Positions 1 through 8,248 of a DNA stretch of 30,799 nt are shown in pieces (the stretch's first letter is position 1; each line of letters opens with the position of its first letter). Location: positions 1 to 30,799 of IMG/VR virus record IMGVR_UViG_3300025676_000667; one strand, written 5' to 3'. Source of the DNA: a virus (lineage: Duplodnaviria > Caudoviricetes). A program made the translations under genes and the position numbers. The notes beneath the pieces were generated by a model that searched no databases, was not told the DNA's origin, and worked only from the letters and a program-made list of their open reading frames with translations.

Positions 1-795
1 TGAAAGGACGGTTTTTTGTAACGACGCTGTTATAGTATCATCGGTTGATATATCAATTCCGCTAATTATTCCATTACCAGCATTATTATAAAGTGGAGAA
101 CCATTTCCTTCAACCGAAAAATATTGTATGGCAGCCACACCTTGTGTGCTTCCATCACTGAATTCCATAAAACTTCCTGCGCCTGTTATTCCAATACCAC
201 CATTTACCACTTTAACATCTCCACCAAATGTTGCACCTGCATCTGCGGAAAGTCCTGCCATCATATGAATAATTCCAGTTGTTCCGCCTGCTTGAAATTC
301 TATATTATCGGTAGTGAAATCTATTTTTGTGTCCGAATCACCATAGTGACGAAGTGACCGTTCAATATCTAAGTTGTTTGTTCTTGCATAGATGGCATTA
401 CCGTTAGTGTTGAACTCTAACCTTTCATCAGTCGGACCACCACCAATCCAATTGTTTGTTTCTGTATTGTTAGTACCCAATACTATGTTGTCACCAAATG
501 TTGCACCACCAGAAACATAAAAATCACCAGAAACTCCTAATGTCTGGTCTGGACCAGAAGTTCCTATACCTACCTTTAAGTTTGTGGAGTCATAATAAAA
601 CGCAGTAGCACCTTTAATGATAGAACCTTTCGCATCATAATATGCAACTTCACCAGTATTACCTTCGGTGTTGCCCGTTTCTGTTGCGGCACTTCTTTCC
701 CATATGACAGGGTCTGTGCCCTTACAAATCCAAGATTGGTCTAGATATGTGTAAGTATCGTCTACTGATGGTGATGTTGGGAAATTAATTGCCAT
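1..795 (-). CDS. Tail fibre / virion fibre-like structural protein (runs off the left edge; not in ORF track)
   Basis: ATG at 795 opens a frame reading MAINFPTSPSVDDTYTYLDQSW...NLKVGIGTSGPDQTLGVSGDFYVSGGATFG...AGATFGG. Gly/Thr/Asn-rich, with VGIGT and GATFG motifs typical of beta-rich phage fibre proteins; AGGA SD upstream. Confidence 0.7.
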   Translation of the reverse strand, partial: MAINFPTSPSVDDTYTYLDQSWICKGTDPVIWERSAATETGNTEGNTGEVAYYDAKGSIIKGATAFYYDSTNLKVGIGTSGPDQTLGVSGDFYVSGGATFGDNIVLGTNNTETNNWIGGGPTDERLEFNTNGNAIYARTNNLDIERSLRHYGDSDTKIDFTTDNIEFQAGGTTGIIHMMAGLSADAGATFGGDVKVVNGGIGITGAGSFMEFSDGSTQGVAAIQYFSVEGNGSPLYNNAGNGIISGIDISTDDTITASLQKTVLS

Positions 796-807
796 TGTTA
801 TATCCTA

Positions 808-1872
808 TTAAAATTCTATCCATGCAGATTCAGAATCTACATAAGTATATAGTCTACCTTTTGTTGTGTTGTGCCATCTATCACCATCCGAAGGATTTGA
901 AGGTGCAGAGGATGCTTCTGTGAATGTTCCAGTGTCTGTAATGTTCAATTCCACATCTTTACCTCTACGAGTCACTGTAACCCCACTACCTGTAAGTAGT
1001 AAATCACTTACTGATTTTATTACTTGTGCGCCATTGTCACGAATACCCACAGCACCACCACCTGCTAGTCCTACCCAATCTATATTTTGTAATGTCTGTG
1101 CTTGTGTGGGGGAAACAGTTAACATCTTTTGTAATACTTTTGTGTCCACACTTATTTTCTTTTTCTTTTCATCATATCGTAATGGGAATTGAGCGACTGC
1201 TATTCCGTCATCTCCTTGGATTCCTTGTTCACCTTGAGGTCCTTGTTCACCTATTGAACCATCTATACCTTTTAATCCTGCCTGACCTGGAATTCCTCTA
1301 TCCCCTTTATTACCTTTTGTTCCAATTTTTCCTTGTAGACCTTCTTTTCCTTGTAGACCTTCTTTTCCGTCTTTTCCATGTTCACCTTGAACACCTTGTT
1401 CACCTTGAATTCCGTTATCACCTTGAACACCTTGTTCACCTTGAATTCCGTTATCACCTTGAATTCCCTGTAAACCTTGTTCACCTTGAATTCCGTTATC
1501 ACCTTGAATTCCCTGTAAACCTTGTTCGCCCTGTTCACCTACTTCACCTTGAACACCTTGTTCGCCTACTTCACCTTGAACACCTTGTTCACCTACTTCA
1601 CCTTGAATTCCTTGTTCGCCCTGTTCACCTTGAGGTCCTTTCATGCCAGGGATACCTGTTTCACCTTGTTCTCCTTTTTCTCCAGGAGGACCAGGAAATC
1701 CACTAAATGGATTAGTGTTTTTAACTTCTTCTATTATGGGTACAGTGACAGCAGATTCTTTTACCAAATCTTTTAATTTATCATGGTCTATTATATTTAA
1801 AAAACTAGAAGAATCTTCTAGGACTTCTTCTTCTTCATTGTGGTATTGATTGAAGCCTTTTAAATCAGACAT
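808..1872 (-). CDS. Collagen triple-helix fibre protein with C-terminal SAP..GD.W.NT..G.L module
   Basis: 56 uninterrupted Gly-X-Y triplets (aa 58-225); acidic N-terminus; C-terminus FTEASSAPSNPSDGDRWHNTTKGRLYTYVDSESAWIEF resembles phage fibre modules. Confidence 0.85.
   Translation of the reverse strand: MSDLKGFNQYHNEEEEVLEDSSSFLNIIDHDKLKDLVKESAVTVPIIEEVKNTNPFSGFPGPPGEKGEQGETGIPGMKGPQGEQGEQGIQGEVGEQGVQGEVGEQGVQGEVGEQGEQGLQGIQGDNGIQGEQGLQGIQGDNGIQGEQGVQGDNGIQGEQGVQGEHGKDGKEGLQGKEGLQGKIGTKGNKGDRGIPGQAGLKGIDGSIGEQGPQGEQGIQGDDGIAVAQFPLRYDEKKKKISVDTKVLQKMLTVSPTQAQTLQNIDWVGLAGGGAVGIRDNGAQVIKSVSDLLLTGSGVTVTRRGKDVELNITDTGTFTEASSAPSNPSDGDRWHNTTKGRLYTYVDSESAWIEF
1198..1701 (-). repeat. Gly-X-Y coding tandem repeat (9-nt period, with near-perfect 18/27/36-nt higher-order units)
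   Basis: Recurrent ccttgttcaccttgaattccgttatca and ccttgaacaccttgttc units encode GEQ/GIQ/GDN/GVQ/GEV triplets. Confidence 0.9.
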
Positions 1873-1882
1873 ATAAATTCAC

Positions 1883-2023
1883 TCAAAGAAATAAAATCTT
1901 TTGTTCTAATTTCTTTTTTAAAGTGATGGAAAGCACACCATAACTGTTTCCATCTGTTTTGTTTACATTAACTATTTTGGAAGATTTTTTTACTATGGTA
2001 TTTTCTGTTATTTTAATTTTCAC
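1883..2023 (-). CDS. Small Lys-rich hypothetical protein (46 aa; below ORF-track cutoff)
   Basis: GTG at 2023 overlaps the upstream TGA (GTGA); GAGGT SD 6 nt upstream; frame MKIKITENTIVKKSSKIVNVNKTDGNSYGVLSITLKKKLEQKILFL* fills the gap almost exactly. Confidence 0.6.
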   Translation of the reverse strand: MKIKITENTIVKKSSKIVNVNKTDGNSYGVLSITLKKKLEQKILFL

Positions 2024-2457
2024 CTAGTTACCTCACTAGGAGAATAAAATCTTCCTTCTGTTAGCCTGGTAACTGTACCATCTGGAATGTATCTTAATTC
2101 TAAGTCATATAAATGTTTTCCGGCAGGCACCAAAGAAGTAGCAGTTGCACCTGCAAAGACATAAATGCCTCCAGTTTCACCACCAGTGTTTCCTGCATTT
2201 CTATTCAACCAAAGACCACCACTTATTCCTATTGCTGTATTTCCTGCACCAGTGCTACCAGCGGTTGCCCCATAACTTAAACCCCCAGTAGAACCATATA
2301 AATGTAAAACTTTATCACTGTCTGATACAGACCGTCTAACCTGAAATTCAGCACTGTAGTTTGCCAAATCTATAGAATTATCAGCAGAATCTGTGTACAA
2401 CAAATGAAGACTGAGGGTTTCTCCTTGATTAGATGTGATGTCGTGTCTTGCGGGCAT
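2020..2457 (-). CDS. Putative virion/baseplate-associated protein (BppU N-terminal-like beta-sandwich)
   Basis: Pattern 'DI..NQGET..L.L.Y.D....IDL..YSA..QVR ... T..L..G...YDLEL....G.VTRL.EG.F...EVTR' is typical of phage structural proteins next to fibre genes; GGAG SD. Confidence 0.6.
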   Translation of the reverse strand: MPARHDITSNQGETLSLHLLYTDSADNSIDLANYSAEFQVRRSVSDSDKVLHLYGSTGGLSYGATAGSTGAGNTAIGISGGLWLNRNAGNTGGETGGIYVFAGATATSLVPAGKHLYDLELRYIPDGTVTRLTEGRFYSPSEVTR

Positions 2458-2488
2458 AAAATTTCTCCAATAGTTTATATACTATAAC

Positions 2489-2496
2489 TATATATG
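2489..2496 (-). promoter_or_regulatory. Candidate T4-type late promoter variant (CATATATA)
   Basis: Lies in one of the two largest true intergenic gaps, upstream of structural genes; resembles T4 TATAAATA; same spacing to ATG as the motif before regA. Confidence 0.35.
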
Positions 2497-2498
2497 CT

Positions 2499-3824
2499 TT
2501 ATCTTTTCGCTGTTTTTCTCTTTTTATACCCTATTTTTTGTTGATTTGCTTTAGTGCCTTTTTTCTCTCTATGTTTTCTTTCTTCTTTTTCTTCTTTCTT
2601 TTTAGCATATTCTTCAGCCTGTCTTTGAATTTCTGCTTGTTTTGTTGCTTCGTGCATCTGGCGAGTAAGTTCTTTATATTGCTCTAGGTTTGCGAGTGCC
2701 CTTTCTTTGTGTTCCTCTGGTATAAGATTTTCATCAACCAACCTCTTACATGCTTCAAGTCCCACATGTGGTTTTCCTGCATAATAAGCAGTTGCACCAA
2801 TTTCATCAAGAATTTGATATTTGTAACAGTCTTCACTTATAAAGAGAATGTCGTTTTGAGGATAAGGAATTTCTAATGCCATTTTTGCAAAGATGTAACC
2901 CAATCGTGGTTTATCGTGAACTTGTCTATACAACCTCGCAATTTGATATAGGGGTTCTGCACGGATTGGTCTATATTCATAACAATCCAAAAATGCTTGT
3001 TGAATCTCCGGCCAAGAGTAATTAAGAATTGCTCTTATTATTCCAATTCTGTAAAGAGAATAATATGCTTCTTCTTCCCAACCACCCATTTCTGCTCTCT
3101 TGATATATGCTTCTAATGATTTCTCATATTGTTGGGAGTCGAAATATGATTGTGCAAGATAAAACTGATATCTAACATTTTCTGGTTCATCTTCTAATGC
3201 TTTCAAAAGCATTTCAGCATCTCTTGTATATTTTTCTACAGTAGTAATTCCGACATTTCTTGCACCTTCTGTTCTTGCAGATACATGATACTCTCCAAAT
3301 ATTCTATCTGTGGTCACTTCTTCGTGGGGTTTACCTTTACATTCTGCATACTCGTGAAGTACTCCAGTATAACACCAATCTTGTCCTGTTCTAAATATTT
3401 GGTTTCTCCACCAAGTGAATTCTTCTCTGCCAATGCGAAGACTGTAACTATCTGCTTCCATCTTTTCTGGGAATTTAAAATCTCCTGTTATGAAATCGTC
3501 TGCATCAATGACCCACGCAAAATCTGCTTTACCATCACAATTTCTTAAAGACTCGGACCTACTTCCCATCTTGCCTGAGTGGTCGCCAAACCCTTTCCAA
3601 TCGGAAAGATATACTTCACCCTCTACACCATGTTCATCAAAGAATTCTTTAATAAGTTCTGGAGTTCCATCGGTTGAACCTGTATCTGTAATGTCGTACC
3701 TGTCAATATATGGAAGCATTGAAGTAAGACAATCTTTAATGATATGTGTTTCATTCTTCACAATCATACAAAGAGTTATTGTCGCTGGTTTTGATACTTT
3801 TTCTATTTTCATAATATTATTCAC
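2499..3824 (-). CDS. GT2 glycosyltransferase with TPR repeats and charged C-terminal tail (likely protein glycosyltransferase)
   Basis: LCMIVKNE...DTGSTDGT, WVIDADD (DxD), YTGVLHE; then helical TPR-like repeats (RYQFYLAQSY, EAYYSLYRIG, RAEPLYQIA). Start may be 3812. Confidence 0.85.
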   Translation of the reverse strand: MNNIMKIEKVSKPATITLCMIVKNETHIIKDCLTSMLPYIDRYDITDTGSTDGTPELIKEFFDEHGVEGEVYLSDWKGFGDHSGKMGSRSESLRNCDGKADFAWVIDADDFITGDFKFPEKMEADSYSLRIGREEFTWWRNQIFRTGQDWCYTGVLHEYAECKGKPHEEVTTDRIFGEYHVSARTEGARNVGITTVEKYTRDAEMLLKALEDEPENVRYQFYLAQSYFDSQQYEKSLEAYIKRAEMGGWEEEAYYSLYRIGIIRAILNYSWPEIQQAFLDCYEYRPIRAEPLYQIARLYRQVHDKPRLGYIFAKMALEIPYPQNDILFISEDCYKYQILDEIGATAYYAGKPHVGLEACKRLVDENLIPEEHKERALANLEQYKELTRQMHEATKQAEIQRQAEEYAKKKEEKEERKHREKKGTKANQQKIGYKKRKTAKR

Positions 3825-4665
3825 TCATTACCGCAGATGTGTTTTCTGCCCAATCCCAATTTAATCTATATTTCTTATTCTGTTCCCAAACAGATTTAAG
3901 AACCAACGGGTCAATTCCGTTTTCTTCCATAGTATATATAAGTGCATTTATATCTTTTGGAAAACAAGTTCCACCGAATCCATATTCTCCATCTGGTCCT
4001 GGGACAGAAGTATGGCTTTCTCCTATTCTAGAATCTGATACCACTGCTTCTATTATTGTATCGTAATTTGTTCCTTTAATATTATCACAAAGAATTTTCA
4101 TCTCATTAAATATCATAACTTTTGATGCAAGAAAACAATTCGCGAAATATTTGGCTGCTTCTGATTCATTTGATTTCATAATATAAACTGGAATTCCTGG
4201 AAAACAATATTCATATATTTTTTCTAAACCATAAGCAATTCTTTTATCTCCGCCTATTACATGTCTATCCGAATTTATAAAATCATGTTCTGCATTTACA
4301 GCAGTCAAAAATTCTGGATTGTGAATTATTTTTAGATGAGGATATTTTTTAACAAGTTTATTAGTAGTTCCTATCGGTACAGTAGATTTAATGATAAAAG
4401 TTCCATCTATTGTAGAAGGAATATCATCAAAGAAATCTTCTAATATAGAAAGATTACATTTTCCGCCATCTACACTAATCATAGGTGTTGGAAGGCATAC
4501 AAAAATATAATCAGAGGTAAGTGTTTCCATATAAGAATGTGTTGATTTGTCTGGGTCTATATCATATATTCGTACTTCTAATTTGTCTTGAAATCCTTTT
4601 GCAATTGCATTACCTACAAATCCATTTCCTATTACGCCAATTGTTGCTTGCATGTTATAATCCAA
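3817..4665 (-). CDS. ugd: UDP-glucose/GDP-mannose 6-dehydrogenase family, short form
   Basis: GNGFVG Rossmann motif, CLPTP, IKSTVP, HNPEFL, catalytic GFGGTCFPKD; lacks the usual C-terminal domain. Start may be 4653. Confidence 0.85.
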   Translation of the reverse strand: MDYNMQATIGVIGNGFVGNAIAKGFQDKLEVRIYDIDPDKSTHSYMETLTSDYIFVCLPTPMISVDGGKCNLSILEDFFDDIPSTIDGTFIIKSTVPIGTTNKLVKKYPHLKIIHNPEFLTAVNAEHDFINSDRHVIGGDKRIAYGLEKIYEYCFPGIPVYIMKSNESEAAKYFANCFLASKVMIFNEMKILCDNIKGTNYDTIIEAVVSDSRIGESHTSVPGPDGEYGFGGTCFPKDINALIYTMEENGIDPLVLKSVWEQNKKYRLNWDWAENTSAVMSE

Positions 4666-5564
4666 TCTTCTAGTTTAACTTGAGGTTTCCATTGTAAAAG
4701 GGTATTTGCTTTAGAGCAATCCGAAAGAGTTTCTCTTGATTCTCCCGGCCGTTCTGGTATATAAACAAAATCCTTATATTCTTGAGGTTCATTCTTATCA
4801 CTTATCATCTTTACCAAATCGTGAATATTATAATTTGTTCCTGAACCAATATTAAATAATTCACCAATTGCATTTTCATTGGTTGTTGTTGAGGCTAAAA
4901 TGTTTGCTTCTACAACATCAGAAACATGAGTATAATCTCTGCGTTGTTGGCCATCACCTACTATTGTCATTGGTTCTTCTGCTTTGTATTGTCGTTGAAA
5001 CAAACCAATCACTGGCGCATACTGTCCTTTGGTTGGTTGGTTCTCTCCATACACATTGAAGTAACGAAATGTAATGGTATCCAACCCAAACAAGTTTGTA
5101 TACATCTGGCAAAGTTCTTCTCCTGCGGTTTTAGAAACCGAATATGGATTAAGACAATCCTTTGGCATATCTTCTGTGTTTGGAATAGGATTTGATAAAC
5201 CGTATGCGGAAGAAGTAGATGAATACACTACTCTCTTTACTCCATTTTCTCTCGCGGCTTGAAGAATATTACATGTCCCAAGAACATTTGTTTGTACTGC
5301 AAGTCTTGGATTCTCTATTGTAGGTTGAATTCTTGATTCTGCCGCTAAATGAAAAATTACATCTATATTTTTTGTAATAGATTTTAACTTGTCGTAATCA
5401 TTAATGTCCGACTTATAATTATTGGCAGAATCATTCCAATAAAAATGTTCATGAGCATCTGAAGATTCGTTATCAATCACTTTTACTTTATGACCATCCT
5501 CCAATAATCGTTTGACAAGATTTGAACCTATAAACCCTGCTCCACCTGTTACTAATATTTTCAT
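4632..5564 (-). CDS. NAD-dependent nucleotide-sugar epimerase/dehydratase (extended SDR)
   Basis: TGGAGFIG, HLAA, SSTSSAYG, YSVSK (YxxxK), RYFNVYG, GDGQQRRDYTHVSDVV. Confidence 0.92.
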   Translation of the reverse strand: MKILVTGGAGFIGSNLVKRLLEDGHKVKVIDNESSDAHEHFYWNDSANNYKSDINDYDKLKSITKNIDVIFHLAAESRIQPTIENPRLAVQTNVLGTCNILQAARENGVKRVVYSSTSSAYGLSNPIPNTEDMPKDCLNPYSVSKTAGEELCQMYTNLFGLDTITFRYFNVYGENQPTKGQYAPVIGLFQRQYKAEEPMTIVGDGQQRRDYTHVSDVVEANILASTTTNENAIGELFNIGSGTNYNIHDLVKMISDKNEPQEYKDFVYIPERPGESRETLSDCSKANTLLQWKPQVKLEDWIITCKQQLA

Positions 5565-6412
5565 ATATTCTCCAATATGTAAATTAATTCTTTTGCTCGG
5601 TTTTCACAAGAAAAATTCTTGTGAATTTTATATCCTTCTTTTGAAATATCTTCTATCATATTTTCATTCTGTACCCATTCAATAAGTTCTATTATATCAC
5701 CAAATGAATCATATATCAAACAATTTTTCTTATTTATTAATCCTAATTCTTCATTCATATAACTGTTGTTTGTTAATAGTAGAGTATCACACGCCAAAGT
5801 TTCTATAACTCTATAGGACAATCCATGAGGGTCACCTAAATTTTTATTAAAATGTATATGATATGAATTGATTGCATCGACCATATCTTCACCAATAACA
5901 AAAATGTCTTGTTTCATATTATATTTTTCGGTTAATCTGTCAATAAAATCGTTTCTTTGTGGATTTCTATTTCCACAAAATCCTATCAAATGATTTTTTG
6001 GTATATTATTTTTTTTGATGTGTTCAGTATCTATCCAAGGTTTGAACCAAAAAGAAGGAATACCATTAAATAAATCTCTACTTCCTTTTAAGATTGCATC
6101 ATATTTTCCTTGATTCATTAGATTAATATAAAGTTCTTCTCCTTGGACATGAGCATCACAAGACCATAATAATTTTTTTGTTTTTATAGAACTTAAATCT
6201 AAATGTTGGTGGTACGCTTCCCACAAATCTACAATTAAATCATATGATTCAAAGTCAGGTAATTCACCAACATTACAGTCTGGATGGTTTCTTCCCCACA
6301 CATCACAAACATGTCCTATGTTTCGTATTCCTTTTTGCAGAGTTAAACATTCTCGTAAATGTTTATTTTTTTCGTGCTGTCCACCATCTTGTAATATTAA
6401 AATTCTTTTCAT
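5561..6412 (-). CDS. Putative GT-B glycosyltransferase (CgeB / Glyco_trans_1_2-like)
   Basis: C-terminal 'IGFCG...R...HFNK...SYRVIETLAC..LLLT...I...GY' pattern. Confidence 0.7.
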   Translation of the reverse strand: MKRILILQDGGQHEKNKHLRECLTLQKGIRNIGHVCDVWGRNHPDCNVGELPDFESYDLIVDLWEAYHQHLDLSSIKTKKLLWSCDAHVQGEELYINLMNQGKYDAILKGSRDLFNGIPSFWFKPWIDTEHIKKNNIPKNHLIGFCGNRNPQRNDFIDRLTEKYNMKQDIFVIGEDMVDAINSYHIHFNKNLGDPHGLSYRVIETLACDTLLLTNNSYMNEELGLINKKNCLIYDSFGDIIELIEWVQNENMIEDISKEGYKIHKNFSCENRAKELIYILENI

Positions 6413-7053
6413 TATTTTACCGTAAATATTTTATCTTCAACCCAAGGTTTATCAAAAACTTTTCTAAGAACAACCGTATACTCAAATCTATTAATAATTT
6501 TAGATTCTAAATGCCTTTTTAATAATAATTCTGAATGGAGGGGAATTCCTTCATCCAAATAATTTTCAATTTCATCATAAATGCTACAATAATACTTCAT
6601 ATTTTCTTGAGATGATGCACAAACCATATCAAAAATTCCATTTTCAAAATCACCACCATTGGGTATATTATATTTATCGATATCTAATATAGGAAATTCT
6701 TCTGTATATTTACAATCGAATCTAGTTTTTATTACTGTATCATAATTTCCTTCTAACAAATCATAACATAGTTTTATTTTTCTAAACATGTAAACAGAGA
6801 TTATAGGGTTTGTAATATATGACAGATAATGTGGCATTTCTGTGTTGTAATTTTTGTCCAACACCACAGAGGATTCATCTTCCAATATAAATTTTTTTGG
6901 TTTAATCGTTTCTATTACATCTTCGATATTATCAGAATGATACGAATGCATATACACATCTGCATTTGTTGGTTCTATTATATTTTTTCTTAAAGAGTTC
7001 CAACAAGATAATGCTTCTCTTGTATGTCCAGATAATAATACTGCTGTTTTCAT
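6412..7053 (-). CDS. Putative glycosyltransferase, K.A...SG..R family (paralog 3)
   Basis: MKTAVLLSGHTR, DVYMHSY, YDTVIKTRFD, SELLLKRHL. Start 7053 chosen for the ATGA overlap (track start 7071). Confidence 0.55.
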   Translation of the reverse strand: MKTAVLLSGHTREALSCWNSLRKNIIEPTNADVYMHSYHSDNIEDVIETIKPKKFILEDESSVVLDKNYNTEMPHYLSYITNPIISVYMFRKIKLCYDLLEGNYDTVIKTRFDCKYTEEFPILDIDKYNIPNGGDFENGIFDMVCASSQENMKYYCSIYDEIENYLDEGIPLHSELLLKRHLESKIINRFEYTVVLRKVFDKPWVEDKIFTVK

Positions 7054-7469
7054 TTTAAATATTCGTCCCATAAGTCAGGATAATCTGTACATATTCCTGC
7101 AATTAAATCTATACTTCTTGGAAATTCGTTGTCTACCATGATGCTATCTTTTATTTTATTGCCTGTGAATGCCCAAATCTTACCTTTGCTTGTAAGTGTC
7201 ATTATATCATCCTTATGCCAAAACCAATGTAAATTAGTTTCTTTTAATTGTTCTACTGCTTCTATATTCTTACAATGTAACCACATTTCGTCTGTAAAGA
7301 AATCAAATTTTATATTATATTGTGGTATGTCGTGACCCAACCACCAACCATGTTTGTACCATACATCAACTTCAACTGGATAGTGTTGAATTGCTTCTGT
7401 TATATACATAGGTTCATTCTCTCTATCAGTTCGTCCATTTAAATTTCCTCTATGGGATATTATAATCAT
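7050..7469 (-). CDS. Small PLC-like/glycerophosphodiester phosphodiesterase-fold protein
   Basis: ISHRGN...EN, VEVDVW, LGHD, WLHCKN, GICTDYP match GDPD/PI-PLC-like catalytic His/Glu/Asp motifs. Confidence 0.7.
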   Translation of the reverse strand: MIIISHRGNLNGRTDRENEPMYITEAIQHYPVEVDVWYKHGWWLGHDIPQYNIKFDFFTDEMWLHCKNIEAVEQLKETNLHWFWHKDDIMTLTSKGKIWAFTGNKIKDSIMVDNEFPRSIDLIAGICTDYPDLWDEYLK

Positions 7470-8248
7470 GTGTTTGGATAAATATGATGTTTAATTTTTA
7501 TATCATTTCTTTCTTCAATTTCAACATCGTTATTTAATAGGTATGACCCAAACATATATTCTGCTTTGAACTTCATTGGCGCGCCATTGCCCCAATCAGA
7601 AACTAAAAGTTCTTTTGCAGAAGTAAATATATAATCTTTAAGGTAATCATAATATTCTAAATATAATTTCATAAATTTTGGAGGACCATATGCAAAGGTG
7701 TCGTTTTTATATTGGTCGGGCCCGTGGGCGGGTATGATATTTAAAACATTCAAATCTAATTCTTCTGGTAGATTTTCAATCATTGAATCGAATCGAATTC
7801 TAAACACACAATCATAATCAAATATATTTTCTAAAAATTCTGATGAACCCTTCTTAATCATGTACCATTGCTTTAATATATTTTCCATATTAAAAAGTAT
7901 CCAATATGTTTCCTCTGTAATATTTGTACCCAATTCCATGATACGAGTTTCTAAAGAATTTGGAATGTAATCCTCATAATTATAAATTTCTTTATATTTC
8001 GGTTCATACATTGAAAAACAAGAAATGTCTGGATTCAAATCTTTATATCTCTTATTTCCTGGAATATTATATGATGTATTTTCTATAATGTATTTGTTTT
8101 CTTTTCTTACATTTAAAAATTCATCTTGGTTATCCCATGTACTACAAAACAAATCACAATCATATTTATCCAGTATATTAGATTTTAATGATTCATAGGT
8201 TTTGTCGTATCCTCTTAAATGACCACTAAGAACTATAGCACATTTCAT
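7466..8248 (-). CDS. Putative glycosyltransferase, K.A...SG..R family (paralog 2)
   Basis: MKCAIVLSGHLR, DLFCSTW, YDCVFRIRFD, NDTFAYG...MKLY. Confidence 0.55.
   Translation of the reverse strand: MKCAIVLSGHLRGYDKTYESLKSNILDKYDCDLFCSTWDNQDEFLNVRKENKYIIENTSYNIPGNKRYKDLNPDISCFSMYEPKYKEIYNYEDYIPNSLETRIMELGTNITEETYWILFNMENILKQWYMIKKGSSEFLENIFDYDCVFRIRFDSMIENLPEELDLNVLNIIPAHGPDQYKNDTFAYGPPKFMKLYLEYYDYLKDYIFTSAKELLVSDWGNGAPMKFKAEYMFGSYLLNNDVEIEERNDIKIKHHIYPNT

Noticed and set aside
1198-1701. CRISPR array or non-coding repeat
   Set aside because: There are no unique spacers; the 9-nt periodicity is fully explained by Gly-X-Y coding.
1026-1776. Repetitive ORFs 1026..1706(+), 1272..1538(-) and 1522..1776(+)
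   Set aside because: Alternative-frame shadows of the collagen repeat.
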